A stretch of 64,000 nt of DNA from Eledone cirrhosa (taxonomy: Eukaryota): contig OZ024743.1 in the NCBI GenBank assembly GCA_964016885.1, positions 130,448,001-130,512,000 on the forward strand, written 5' to 3'. Below are positions 37,701 to 51,100 of the stretch, piece by piece (the stretch's first letter is position 1; each line of letters opens with the position of its first letter). Both the position numbers and the translations under genes were made by a program. Under the pieces are notes generated by a model. The model was not told the origin of the DNA, did not search any database, and saw only the letters and a program-made list of their open reading frames with translations.

Positions 37701-40700
37701 TGGTACTTGGTGCTTGGTGTTTGGTCTTTGGTGCTTGGTGTTTGGTGCTTGGTGCTTGGTGCTTGGTGCTTGGTGTTAAGTGTTTGGGGCTTGGTGCTTG
37801 GTGCATGGTGCTTGGTGTTTGGTGCTTGGTGCCTGGTGCTTGGTGTTTGTTGCTTGGTGCTTGGTGCTTTGTGTTTGGTGCTTGGTGTTTGGTGCTTGGT
37901 GCTTGGTGTTTGGTGCTTGGTGTTTGGTGCTTGGTGTTCGGTGCTTGGTGCTTGGTGCTTGGTGCTTGGTGTTAGGTGTTTGGTGCTTGGTGCTTGGTGT
38001 TTGATGTTTGGTCCTTGGTGCTTGGTGTTTGGTGCTTGGTGCTTGGTGTTTGGTGTTTGGTGCTTGCTGCTTGGTGCTTGGTGCTTGTTGTTTGGTGCTT
38101 GGTGCTTGGTCTTTGGTGCTTGGTGTTTGGTGTTTGGTGCTTGGTGCTTGGTGCTTGGTTTTTGGTGCATGGTGCTTGGTGCTTGGTGTTTGGTGCTTGG
38201 TGCTTGGTGCTTGTTGTTTGGTGCTTGGTGCTTGGTCTTTGGTGCTTGGTGTTTGGTGTTTGGGGCTTGGTGCTTGGTGTTTGGTGCTTGGTGCCTGGTG
38301 CTTGGTGTTTGGTGCTTGGTGCTTGGTGTTTGGTGATTGGTGCTTGGTGCTTGGTGCTTAGTGCTTGGTGTTTGGTGTTTGGTGCTTGGTGTTTGGTGTT
38401 TGATGCTTGGTGCTTGGTGCTTGGTGCTTGGTGCTTGGTGTTCTGTGTTTGGTGCTTGGTTCTTGGTGCTTGTTGTTTGTTGCTTGGTGCTTGGTGATTA
38501 GTCTTTGGTGCTTGGTGCTTGGTATTTGGTGTTTGGTGTTTCGTGATTGGGGTCTAGTGTTTGGGTTTTGGTGTTTGGTGCTTGGTGCTTAGTGTTTGGT
38601 GTTTGGTGCTTGGTGCTTGGTGTTTGGTGTTTGGTGTTTGGTGCTTGGTGCTTGGTGCTTTGTGCTTAGTGTTTGGTGCTGGGTGTATGGTGTTTGGTGC
38701 TTGGTGCTTGGTGCTTGGTGTTTGTTGTTTGGTGCTTGGTACTTGGTGTTTGGTGTTTGATGCTTGGTGTTTGATGCTTGTTGCTTGGTGCTTGGTGTTT
38801 TGTGTTTGGTGTTTGGTGCTTGGTGTATGTACTTGGTGCTTGGTGTTTGGTGCTTGGTTCTTGGTGTTTGGTGCTTGGTGCTTGGTGCTTGGTGTTTGGT
38901 GCTTGGTGCTTGGTGTTTGGTGCTTGGTGTTTGGTGTTTGGTGCTTGGTGTTTGGTACTTCGTGCTTGGTGCTTGGTGTTTGGTGCATGGTGCTTGTTGT
39001 TTGGGGCTTGGTGCCTGGTGCTTTGTGTTTGGTGCTAGGTGCTTGGTGCTTGGTCTTTGGTGTTTGGTGCTTGGTACTTGGTGCTTGGTGTTTGGTGCTT
39101 GGTGCTTGGTGCTTGGTTATTAGTGTTTGGTGTTTGGTGCTTGGCGCTTGGTGTTTGGTGCTTGGTGCTTGGTGCTTGGTGTTTGGTGTTTGGTGCTTGC
39201 TGCTTGGTGCTTGGTGTTTGGTGCTTGGTGCTTGGTGCTTGGTGTTTGGTGCTTGGTGCTTGCTGTTTGGTGTTTGGTCTTTGGTGCTTGGTGCTTGGTG
39301 TTTGGTGTTTGGTGTTTGGTGTTTGGTGTTTGGTGCTTGGTGCTTTGTGTTTGGTGCTTGGTGTTTGGTGCTTGGTGTATGTACTTGGTGCTTGGTGCTT
39401 GGTGTTTGGTGCTTGGTTCTTGGTGTTTGGTGCTTGGTGCTTGGTGCTTGGTGTTTGGTGCTTGGTGCTTGGTGTTTGGTACTTGGTGCTTGGTGTTTGG
39501 TGTTTGGTGTTTGGTGTTTGGTGCTTGGTGCTTGGTGCTTGGTGTTAAGTGTTTGGTGCTTGGTGCTTCGTGTTTGGTGCTTCGTGCTTGGTGCTTGGTG
39601 TTTGGTGCATGGTGCTTGATGTTTGGGGCTTGGTGCCTGGTGCTTGGTGTTTGGTGCTTGGTGATTGGTGCTTGGTGCTTGGTGCTTGGTGTTTGGTGCT
39701 TGGTGCTTGGTGCTTCGTGTTTGGTGTTTGGTGTTTGGTGCTTGGTGTTTGGTGCTTGGTGCTTGGTGCTGGGTGGTTGGTGTTTGGTGCTTGGTGCTTG
39801 GTGTTTGGTGCATGGTGGTTGGTGCTTGGGGTTTGGTGCTTGGTGCTTGGTGCTTGGTGCTTGGTCTTTGGTGCTTGGTGTTTGGTGTTTGGTGCTTGGT
39901 GCTTGGTGTTTGATGCTTGGTGCTTGGTGATTGGTGTTTGGTGCTTGGTGCTTGGTGCTTGGTGATTAGTGTTTGGTGCTTGGTGCTTGGTGCCTGGTGC
40001 TTGGTGCTTGGTGCTTGTTGTTTGATGCTTGGTGCTTGGTGATTAGTGTTTGGTGCTTGGTGCTTGGGGTTTGGTGTTTGCTGCTTGGGGTTTGGTGTTT
40101 GGTGCTTGGTGCTTGGTGTTTGGTGCTTGGTGCTTGGTGTTTGGTGCTTGGTGCTTTGTGTTTGATGCTTGGTGTTTGGTGCTTGGTGCTTGATGCTTGG
40201 TGCTTGGTGTTAGGTGTTTGGTGCTTGGTGCTTGGTGTTTGATGTTTGGTCCTTGGTGCTTGGTGTTTGGTGCTTGGTGCTTGGTGTTTGGTGTTTGGTG
40301 CTTGCTGCTTGGTGCTTGGTGCTTGTTGTTTGGTGCTTGGTGCTTGGTCTTTGGTGCTTGGTGTTTGGTGTTTGGTGCTTGGTGCTTGGTGCTTGGTTTT
40401 TGGTGCATGGTGCTTGGTGCTTGGTGTTTGGTGCTTGGTGCTTGGTGCTTGTTGTTTGGTGCTTGGTGCTTGGTGCTTGGTCTTTGGTGCTTGTTGTTTG
40501 GTGTTTGGGGCTTGGTGCTTGGTGTTTGGTGCTTGGTGCCTGGTGCTTGGTGTTTGGTGCTTGGTGCTTGGTGTTTGGTGATTGGTGCTTGGTGCTTGGT
40601 GCTTAGTGCTTGGTGTTTGGTGTTTGGTGCTTGGTGTTTGGTGTTTGATGCTTGGTGCTTGGTGCTTGGTGCTTGGTGCTTGGTGTTCTGTGTTTGGTGC

Positions 40701-41099
40701 TTGGTGCTTGGTGCTTGTTGTTTGGTGCTTGGTGCTTGGTGATTAGTCTTTGGTGCTTGGTGCTTGGTATTTGGTGTTTGGTGTTTCGTGATTGGGGTCT
40801 AGTGTTTGGGTTTTGGTGTTTGGTGCTGGGTGTATGGTGTTTGGTGCTTGGTGCTTGGTGCTTGGTGTTTGTTGTTTGGTGCTTGGTACTTGGTGTTTGG
40901 TGTTTGATGCTTGGTGTTTGATGCTTGTTGCTTGGTGCTTGGTGTTTTGTGTTTGGTGTTTGGTGCTTGGTGTATGTACTTGGTGCTTGGTGTTTGGTGC
41001 TTGGTTCTTGGTGTTTGGTGCTTGGTGCTTGGTGCTTGGTGTTTGGTGCTTGGTGCTTGGTGCTTCGTGTTTGGTGTTTGGTGTTTGGTGCTTGGTGTT

Positions 41100-44000
41100 T
41101 GGTGCTTGGTGCTTGGTGCTGGGTGGTTGGTGTTTGGTGCTTGGTGCTTGGTGTTTGGTGCATGGTGGTTGGTGCTTGGGGTTTGGTGCTTGGTGCTTGG
41201 TGCTTGGTGCTTGGTCTTTGGTGCTTGGTGTTTGGTGTTTGGTGCTTGGTGCTTGGTGTTTGATGCTTGGTGCTTGGTGATTGGTGTTTGGTGCTTGGTG
41301 CTTGGTGCTTGGTGATTAGTGTTTGGTGCTTGGTGCTTGGTGCCTGGTGCTTGGTGCTTGGTGCTTGTTGTTTGATGCTTGGTGCTTGGTGATTAGTGTT
41401 TGGTGCTTGGTGCTTGGGGTTTGGTGTTTGGTGCTTGGGGTTTGGTGTTTGGTGCTTGGTGCTTGGTGTTTGGTGCTTGGTGCTTGGTGTTTGGTGCTTG
41501 GTGCTTTGTGTTTGATGCTTGGTGTTTGGTGCTTGGTGCTTGATGCTTGGTGCTTGGTGTTAGGTGTTTGGTGCTTGGTGCTTGGTGTTTGATGTTTGGT
41601 CCTTGGTGCTTGGTGTTTGGTGCTTGGTGCTTGGTGTTTGGTGTTTGGTGCTTGCTGCTTGGTGCTTGGTGCTTGTTGTTTGGTGCTTGGTGCTTGGTCT
41701 TTGGTGCTTGGTGTTTGGTGTTTGGTGCTTGGTGCTTGGTTTTTGGTGCATGGTGCTTGGTGCTTGGTGTTTGGTGCTTGGTGCTTGGTGCTTGTTGTTT
41801 GGTGCTTGGTGCTTGGTGCTTGGTCTTTGGTGCTTGGTGTTTGGTGTTTGGGGCTTGGTGCTTGGTGTTTGGTGCTTGGTGCCTGGTGCTTGGTGTTTGG
41901 TGCTTGGTGCTTGGTGTTTGGTGCTTGGTGCTTGGTGCTTGGTGCTTAGTGCTTGGTGTTTGGTGTTTGGTGCTTGGTGTTTGGTGTTTGATGCTTGGTG
42001 CTTGGTGCTTGGTGCTTGGTGCTTGGTGTTCTGTGTTTGGTGCTTGGTGCTTGGTGCTTGTTGTTTGGTGCTTGGTGCTTGGTGATTAGTCTTTGGTGCT
42101 TGGTGCTTGGTATTTGGTGTTTGGTGTTTCGTGATTGGGGTCTAGTGTTTGGGTTTTGGTGTTTGGTGCTGGGTGTATGGTGTTTGGTGCTTGGTGCTTG
42201 GTGCTTGGTGTTTGTTGTTTGGTGCTTGGTACTTGGTGTTTGGTGTTTGATGCTTGGTGTTTGATGCTTGTTGCTTGGTGCTTGGTGTTTTGTGTTTGGT
42301 GTTTGGTGCTTGGTGTATGTACTTGGTGCTTGGTGTTTGGTGCTTGGTTCTTGGTGTTTGGTGCTTGGTGCTTGGTGCTTGGTGTTTGGTGCTTGGTGCT
42401 TGGTGTTTGGTGTTTGGTGCTAGGGGCTTGGTGCTTGGTGCTTGGTGTTTGGTGCTTGGTGCTTGGTGTTTGGTGTTTGGTGCTTGGTGCGTGGGACTTG
42501 GTGTTTGGTGCTTGGTGTTTGGTGCTTGGTGTTTGGTGCTTGGTGCTTGGTGCTTGGTGTTTGGTGTTTGGTGCTTGGTATTTGGTGATTGGTGCTTGGT
42601 GCTTGGTGTTTGGTGCTTGGTGCTTGGTGTTTGGTACTTGGTGCTTGGTGTTTGGTCTTTGGTGCTTGGTGTTTGGTGTTTGGTGCTTGGTGCTTGGTGC
42701 TTGGTGTTAAGTGTTTGGGGCTTGGTGCTTGGTGCATGGTGCTTGGTGTTTGGTGCTTGGTGCCTGGTGCTTGGTGTTTGTTGCTTGGTGCTTGGTGCTT
42801 TGTGTTTGGTGCTTGGTGTTTGGTGCTTGGTGCTTGGTGTTTGGTGCTTGGTGTTTGGTGCTTGGTGTTCGGTGCTTGGTGCTTGGTGCTTGGTGCTTGG
42901 TGTTAGGTGTTTGGTGCTTGGTGCTTGGTGTTTGATGTTTGGTCCTTGGTGCTTGGTGTTTGGTGCTTGGTGCTTGGTGTTTGGTGTTTGGTGCTTGCTG
43001 CTTGGTGCTTGGTGCTTGTTGTTTGGTGCTTGGTGCTTGGTCTTTGGTGCTTGGTGTTTGGTGTTTGGTGCTTGGTGCTTGGTGCTTGGTTTTTGGTGCT
43101 TGGTGCTTGGTCTTTGGTGCTTGGTGTTTGGTGTTTGGGGCTTGGTGCTTGGTGTTTGGTGCTTGGTGCCTGGTGGTTGGTGTTTGGTGCTTGGTGCTTG
43201 GTGTTTGGTGATTGGTGCTTGGTGCTTGGTGCTTAGTGCTTGGTGTTTGGTGTTTGGTGCTTGGTGTTTGGTGTTTGATGCTTGGTGCTTGGTGCTTGGT
43301 GCTTGGTGCTTGGTGTTCTGTGTTTGGTGCTTGGTGCTTGGTGCTTGTTGTTTGTTGCTTGGTGCTTGGTGATTAGTCTTTGGTGCTTGGTGCTTGGTAT
43401 TTGGTGTTTGGTGTTTCGTGATTGGGGTCTAGTGTTTGGGTTTTGGTGTTTGGTGCTTGGTGCTTAGTGTTTGGTGTTTGGTGCTTGGTGCTTGGTGTTT
43501 GGTGTTTGGTGTTTGGTGCTTGGTGCTTGGTGCTTTGTGCTTAGTGTTTGGTGCTGGGTGTATGGTGTTTGGTGCTTGGTGCTTGGTGCTTGGTGTTTGT
43601 TGTTTGGTGCTTGGTACTTGGTGTTTGGTGTTTGATGCTTGGTGTATGTACTTGGTGCTTGGTGTTTGGTGCTTGGTTCTTGGTGTTTGGTGCTTGGTGC
43701 TTGGTGCTTGGTGTTTGGTGCTTGGTGCTTGGTGTTTGGTGCTTGGTGTTTGGTGTTTGGTGCTTGGTGTTTGGTACTTGGTGCTTGGTGCTTGGTGTTA
43801 AGTGTTTGGTGCTTGGTGTTTGGTGCTTCGTGCTTGGTGCTTGGTGTTTGGTGCATGGTGCTTGTTGTTTGGGGCTTGGTGCCTGGTGCTTTGTGTTTGG
43901 TGCTAGGTGCTTGGTGCTTGGTCTTTGGTGTTTGGTGCTTGGTACTTGGTGCTTGGTGTTTGGTGCTTGGTGCTTGGTGCTTGGTTATTAGTGTTTGGTG

Positions 44001-46800
44001 TTTGGTGCTTGGCGCTTGGTGTTTGGTGCTTGGTGCTTGGTGCTTGGTGTTTGGTGTTTGGTGCTTGCTGCTTGGTGCTTGGTGTTTGGTGCTTGGTGCT
44101 TGGTGCTTGGTGTTTGGTGCTTGGTGCTTGCTGTTTGGTGTTTGGTCTTTGGTGCTTGGTGCTTGGTGTTTGGTGTTTGGTGTTTGGTGTTTGGTGTTTG
44201 GTGCTTGGTGCTTGGTGTTTGGTGCTTGGTGTTTGGTGCTTGGTGTATGTACTTGGTGCTTGGTGCTTGGTGTTTGGTGCTTGGTTCTTGGTGTTTGGTG
44301 CTTGGTGCTTGGTGCTTGGTGTTTGGTGCTTGGTGCTTGGTGTTTGGTACTTGGTGCTTGGTGTTTGGTGTTTGGTGTTTGGTGTTTGGTGCTTGGTGCT
44401 TGGTGCTGGGTGGTTGGTGTTTGGTGCTTGGTGCTTGGTGTTTGGTGCATGGTGGTTGGTGCTTGGGGTTTGGTGCTTGGTGCTTGGTGCTTGGTGCTTG
44501 GTCTTTGGTGCTTGGTGTTTGGTGTTTGGTGCTTGGTGCTTGGTGTTTGATGCTTGGTGCTTGGTGATTGGTGTTTGGTGCTTGGTGCTTGGTGCTTGGT
44601 GATTAGTGTTTGGTGCTTGGTGCTTGGTGCCTGGTGCTTGGTGCTTGGTGCTTGTTGTTTGATGCTTGGTGCTTGGTGATTAGTGTTTGGTGCTTGGTGC
44701 TTGGGGTTTGGTGTTTGGTGCTTGGGGTTTGGTGTTTGGTGCTTGGTGCTTGGTGTTTGGTGCTTGGTGCTTGGTGTTTGGTGCTTGGTGCTTTGTGTTT
44801 GATGCTTGGTGTTTGGTGCTTGGTGCTTGATGCTTGGTGCTTGGTGTTAGGTGTTTGGTGCTTGGTGCTTGGTGTTTGATGTTTGGTCCTTGGTGCTTGG
44901 TGTTTGGTGCTTGGTGCTTGGTGTTTGGTGTTTGGTGCTTGCTGCTTGGTGCTTGGTGCTTGTTGTTTGGTGCTTGGTGCTTGGTCTTTGGTGCTTGGTG
45001 TTTGGTGTTTGGTGCTTGGTGCTTGGTTTTTGGTGCATGGTGCTTGGTGCTTGGTGTTTGGTGCTTGGTGCTTGGTGCTTGTTGTTTGGTGCTTGGTGCT
45101 TGGTGCTTGGTCTTTGGTGCTTGGTGTTTGGTGTTTGGGGCTTGGTGCTTGGTGTTTGGTGCTTGGTGCCTGGTGCTTGGTGTTTGGTGCTTGGTGCTTG
45201 GTGTTTGGTGATTGGTGCTTGGTGCTTGGTGCTTAGTGCTTGGTGTTTGGTGTTTGGTGCTTGGTGTTTGGTGTTTGATGCTTGGTGCTTGGTGCTTGGT
45301 GCTTGGTGCTTGGTGTTCTGTGTTTGGTGCTTGGTGCTTGGTGCTTGTTGTTTGGTGCTTGGTGCTTGGTGATTAGTCTTTGGTGCTTGGTGCTTGGTAT
45401 TTGGTGTTTGGTGTTTCGTGATTGGGGTCTAGTGTTTGGGTTTTGGTGTTTGGTGCTGGGTGTATGGTGTTTGGTGCTTGGTGCTTGGTGCTTGGTGTTT
45501 GTTGTTTGGTGCTTGGTACTTGGTGTTTGGTGTTTGATGCTTGGTGTTTGATGCTTGTTGCTTGGTGCTTGGTGTTTTGTGTTTGGTGTTTGGTGCTTGG
45601 TGTATGTACTTGGTGCTTGGTGTTTGGTGCTTGGTTCTTGGTGTTTGGTGCTTGGTGCTTGGTGCTTGGTGTTTGGTGCTTGGTGCTTGGTGTTTGGTGT
45701 TTGGTGCTAGGGGCTTGGTGCTTGGTGCTTGGTGTTTGGTGCTTGGTGCTTGGTGTTTGGTGTTTGGTGCTTGGTGCGTGGGACTTGGTGTTTGGTGCTT
45801 GGTGTTTGGTGCTTGGTGTTTGGTGCTTGGTGCTTGGTGCTTGGTGTTTGGTGTTTGGTGCTTGGTATTTGGTGATTGGTGCTTGGTGCTTGGTGTTTGG
45901 TGCTTGGTGCTTGGTGTTTGGTACTTGGTGCTTGGTGTTTGGTCTTTGGTGCTTGGTGTTTGGTGTTTGGTGCTTGGTGCTTGGTGCTTGGTGTTAAGTG
46001 TTTGGGGCTTGGTGCTTGGTGCATGGTGCTTGGTGTTTGGTGCTTGGTGCCTGGTGCTTGGTGTTTGTTGCTTGGTGCTTGGTGCTTTGTATTTGGTGCT
46101 TGGTGTTTGGTGCTTGGTGTTTGGTGCTTGGTGTTTGGTGCTTGGTGTTCGGTGCTTGGTGCTTGGTGCTTGGTGCTTGGTGTTAGGTGTTTGGTGCTTG
46201 GTGCTTGGTGTTTGATGTTTGGTCCTTGGTGCTTGGTGTTTGGTGCTTGGTGCTTGGTGTTTGGTGTTTGGTGCTTGCTGCTTGGTGCTTGGTGCTTGTT
46301 GTTTGGTGCTTGGTGCTTGGTCTTTGGTGCTTGGTGTTTGGTGTTTGGTGCTTGGTGCTTGGTGCTTGGTTTTTGGTGCTTGGTGCTTGGTCTTTGGTGC
46401 TTGGTGTTTGGTGTTTGGGGCTTGGTGCTTGGTGTTTGGTGCTTGGTGCCTGGTGGTTGGTGTTTGGTGCTTGGTGCTTGGTGTTTGGTGATTGGTGCTT
46501 GGTGCTTGGTGCTTAGTGCTTGGTGTTTGGTGTTTGATGCTTGGTGCTTGGTGCTTGGTGCTTGGTGCTTGGTGTTCTGTGTTTGGTGCTTGGTGCTTGG
46601 TGCTTGTTGTTTGTTGCTTGGTGCTTGGTGATTAGTCTTTGGTGCTTGGTGCTTGGTATTTGGTGTTTGGTGTTTCGTGATTGGGGTCTAGTGTTTGGGT
46701 TTTGGTGTTTGGTGCTTGGTGCTTAGTGTTTGGTGTTTGGTGCTTGGTGCTTGGTGTTTGGTGTTTGGTGTTTGGTGCTTGGTGCTTGGTGCTTTGTGCT
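41100..46800 (+). repeat. About 3.3-kb higher-order duplication (offset 3287, drifting to 3280 and 3259 by whole-monomer losses)
   Basis: ORF pairs 41323/44610, 41995/45282, 42135/45422, 42420/45707 (3287); 42907/46187 (3280); 43282/46541 (3259). Related blocks begin at 36385 and 39973. Confidence 0.85.
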
Positions 46801-48199
46801 TAGTGTTTGGTGCTGGGTGTATGGTGTTTGGTGCTTGGTGCTTGGTGCTTGGTGTTTGTTGTTTGGTGCTTGGTACTTGGTGTTTGGTGTTTGATGCTTG
46901 GTGTTTGATGCTTGTTGCTTGGTGCTTGGTGTTTTGTGTTTGGTGTTTGGTGCTTGGTGTATGTACTTGGTGCTTGGTGTTTGGTGCTTGGTTCTTGGTG
47001 TTTGGTGCTTGGTGCTTGGTGCTTGGTGTTTGGTGCTTGGTGCTTGGTGTTTGGTGCTTGGTGTTTGGTGTTTGGTGCTTGGTGTTTGGTACTTGGTGCT
47101 TGGTGCTTGGTGTTAAGTGTTTGGTGCTTGGTGTTTGGTGCTTCGTGCTTGGTGCTTGGTGTTTGGTGCATGGTGCTTGTTGTTTGGGGCTTGGTGCCTG
47201 GTGCTTTGTGTTTGGTGCTAGGTGCTTGGTGCTTGGTCTTTGGTGTTTGGTGCTTGGTACTTGGTGCTTGGTGTTTGGTGCTTGGTGCTTGGTGCTTGGT
47301 TATTAGTGTTTGGTGTTTGGTGCTTGGCGCTTGGTGTTTGGTGCTTGGTGCTTGGTGCTTGGTGTTTGGTGTTTGGTGCTTGCTGCTTGGTGCTTGGTGT
47401 TTGGTGCTTGGTGCTTGGTGCTTGGTGTTTGGTGCTTGGTGCTTGCTGTTTGGTGTTTGGTCTTTGGTGCTTGGTGCTTGGTGTTTGGTGTTTGGTGTTT
47501 GGTGTTTGGTGTTTGGTGCTTGGTGCTTGGTGTTTGGTGCTTGGTGTTTGGTGCTTGGTGTATGTACTTGGTGCTTGGTGCTTGGTGTTTGGTGCTTGGT
47601 TCTTGGTGTTTGGTGCTTGGTGCTTGGTGCTTGGTGTTTGGTGCTTGGTGCTTGGTGTTTGGTACTTGGTGCTTGGTGTTTGGTGTTTGGTGTTTGGTGT
47701 TTGGTGCTTGGTGCTTGGTGCTTGGTGTTAAGTGTTTGGTGCTTGGTGCTTCGTGTTTGGTGCTTCGTGCTTGGTGCTTGGTGTTTGGTGCATGGTGCTT
47801 GATGTTTGGGGCTTGGTGCCTGGTGCTTGGTGTTTGGTGCTTGGTGCTTGGTGCTTGGTGTTTGGTGTTTGGTGCTTGGTGCTTGGTGTTTGGTGCTTGG
47901 TGTTTGGTGCTTGGTGTTCGGTGCTTGGTGCTTGGTGCTTGGTACTTGGTGTTAGGTTTTTTGTGCTTGGGGCTTGGTGTTTGGTGTTTGGTGCTTGGTG
48001 CTTGGTGTTTGGTGTTTGGTGCTTGGTGTTTGGTGTTTGGTGCTTTGTGCTTGGTGTTTGGTGCTGGGTGTATGGTGTTTGGTGCTTGGTGCTTGGTGCT
48101 TGGTGTTTGGTGTTTGGTGCTTGGTACTTGGTGTTTGGTGTTTGATGCTTGGTGTTTGATGCTTGTTGCTTGGTGCTTGGTGTTTTGTGTTTGGTGTTT

Positions 48200-51100
48200 G
48201 GTGCTTGGTGTATGTACTTGGTGCTTGGTGATTGGTGTTTGGTGCTTGGTTCTTGGTTTTTGGTGCTTGGTGCTTGGTGCTTGGTGTTTGGTGCTTGGTG
48301 CTTGGTGTTTGGTGCTTGGTGTTTGGTGTTTGGTGCTTGGTGTTTGGTACTTGGTGCTTGGTGCTTGGTGTTAAGTGTTTGGTGCTTGGTGCTTGGTGTT
48401 TGGTGCTTGGTGCTTGGTGCTTGGTGTTTGGTGCATGGTGCTTGGTGTTTGGGGCTTGGTGCCTGGTGCTTTGTGTTTGGTGCTAGGTGCTTGGTGCTTG
48501 GTCTTTGGTGTTTGGTGCTTGGTGCTTGGTGCTTGGTGTTTGGTGCTTGGTGCTTGGTGCTTGGTTATTAGTGTTTGGTGCTTGGTGCTTGGGGTTTGGT
48601 GTTTGGTGCTTGGTGCTTGGTGTTTGGTGTTTGCTGTATGGTGTTTGCTGTTTCGTGTTTGGTGTTTGCTGTTTGGTGTTTGGTGTTTGGTGTTTGGTGC
48701 TTGCTATTTGGTGCTTGGTGCTTGGTGTTTGGTGTTTGGTGTTTGGTGCTTGGTGCTTGGTGGTTGGTGCTTGGTGCTGGGTGTTTGGTGCTAGGTGCTT
48801 GGTGTTTGGTGCTTGGTGCTTGGTGCTTGGTGCTTGGTCTTTGGTGCTTGGTGTTTGGTGTTTGGTGCTTGGTGCTTGGTGTTTGGTGCTTGGGGCTTGG
48901 TGTTTGGTGCTTGGTGATTGCTGCTTGGTGTTTGGTGTTTGGTGCTTGGTGCTTGGTGCTTGGTGATTAGTGTTTGGTGCTTGGTGCTTGGTGCCTTGTG
49001 CTTGGTGCTTGGTGCTTGTTGTTTGGTGCTTGGTGCTTGGTGATTAGTGTTTGGTGCTTGGTGCTTGGTGCCTGGTGCTTGGTGCTTGTTGTTTGGTGCT
49101 TGGTGCTTGGTGATTAGTGTTTGGTGCTTGGTGCTTGGGGCTATGTGTTTGGTGCTTGGTGCTTGCTGTTTGGTGGTTGCTGTTTAGTGCTTGGTGTTTG
49201 GTGCTTGGTGCTTGGTGCTGGGTGGTTGGTGTTTGGTGCTTGGTGCTTGGTGTTTGGTGCTTGGTGCTTGGTGCTTGTTGTTTGGTGCTTGGTGCTTGGT
49301 CTTTGGTGCTTGGTGTTTGGTGTTTGGTGCTTGGTGCTTGGTGCTTGGTTTTTGGTGCTTGGTGCTTGGTGCTTGGTGTTTGGTGCTTGGTGCTTGGTGC
49401 TTGTTGTTTGGTGCTTGGTGCCTGGTCTTTGGTGCTTGGTGTTTGGTGTTTGGTGCTTGGTGCTTCGTGTTTGGTGCTTAGTGCCTGGTGCTTGGTGTTT
49501 GGTGCTTGGTGCTTGGTGTTTGCTGATTGGTGCTTGGTGCTTGGTGCTTGGTGCTTAGTGCTTGGTGTTTGGTGTTTGGTGCTTGGTGTTTGGTGTTTGG
49601 TGTTTGATGCTTGGTTTTTGCTGCTTGGTGCTTGGTGCTTGGTGCTTGGTGTTCTGTGTTTGGTGCTTGGTGCTTGGTGCCTGGTGGTTGGTGCTTGGTG
49701 CTTGTTGTTTGGTGCTTGGTGCTTGGTGATTAGTCTTTGGTGCTTGGTGCTTGGTGTTTGGTGTTTGGTGTTTCGTGCTTGGTGCTTGGTGTTTGGTGTT
49801 TGGTGCTTGGTGTTTGGTGCTTGGTGCTTTGAGCTTGGTGTTTGGTGCTGGGTGTATGGTGTTTGGTGCTTGGTGCTTGGTGCTTGGTGTTTGGTGTTTG
49901 GTGCTTGGTACTTGGTGTTTGGTGTTTGATGCTTGGTGTTTGATGCTTGTTGCTTGGTGCTTGGTGTTTTGTGTTTGGTGTTTGGTGCTTGGTGTATGTA
50001 CTTGGTGCTTGGTGCTTGGTGTTTGGTGCTTGGTGTTTGGTGTTTGGTGCTTGGTGTTTGGTACTTGGTGCTTGGTGCTTGGTGTTTGGTGCTTGGTTCT
50101 TGGTGTTTGGTGCTTGGTGCTTGGTGCTTGGTGTTTGGTGCTTGGTACTTGGTGTTTGGTGCTTGGTGTTTGGTGTTTGGTGCTTGGTGTTTGGTACTTG
50201 GTGCTTGGTGCTTGGTGTTAAGTGTTTGGTGCTTGGTGCTTGGTGTTTGGTGCTTTGTGCTTGGTGCTTGGTGTTTGGTGCATGGTGCTTGGTGTTTGGG
50301 GCTTGGTGCCTGGTGTTTTCTGTTTGGTGCTAGGTGCTTGGTGCTTGGTCTTTGGTGTTTGGTGCTTGGTGCTTGGTGCTTGGTGTTTGGTGCTTGGTGC
50401 TTGGTGCTTGGTTATTAGTGTTTGGTGCTTGGTGCTTGGGGTTTGTTGTTTGGTGCTTGGTGCTTGGTGTTTGGTGTTTGCTGTATGGTGTTTGCTGTTT
50501 CGTGTTTGGTGTTTGGTGTTTGGTGTTTAATGCTTGGTGCTTGGTGTTTGGTGTTTGGTGTTTGGTGCTTGGTGCTTGGTGTTTGGTGCTTGGTGCTTGG
50601 TGCTGGGTATTTGGTGCTTGGTGCTTGGTGTTTGGTGCTTGGTGCTTGATGCTTGGTGCTTGGTGTTTGGTCCTTGGTGCTTGGTGCTTGGTCTTTGGTG
50701 CTTGGGGTTTGGTGTTTGGTGCTTGGTGCTTGGTGTTTGGTGCTTGGTGCTTGGTGCTTGGTGTTTGGTGTTTGGTGCTTGCTGCTTGGTGCTTGGTGCT
50801 TGGTGCTTGGTGCTTGCTGTTTGGTGTTTGGTGTTTGGTGCTTGGTGCTTGGTGTTTGGTGTTTGGTGTTTGGTGTTTGGTGTTTGGTGCTTGGTGCTTG
50901 GTGTTTGGTGCTTGGTGTTTGGTGCTTGGTGTTTTGTGTTTGGTGTTTGGTGCTTGGTGTATGTACTTGGTGCTTGGTGATTGGTGTTTGGTGCTTGGTT
51001 CTTGGTTTTTGGTGCTTGGTGCTTGGTGCTTGGCGTTTGGTGCTTGGTGCTTGGTGTTTGGTGCTTGGTGTTTGGTGTTTGGTGCTTGGTGTTTGGTACT

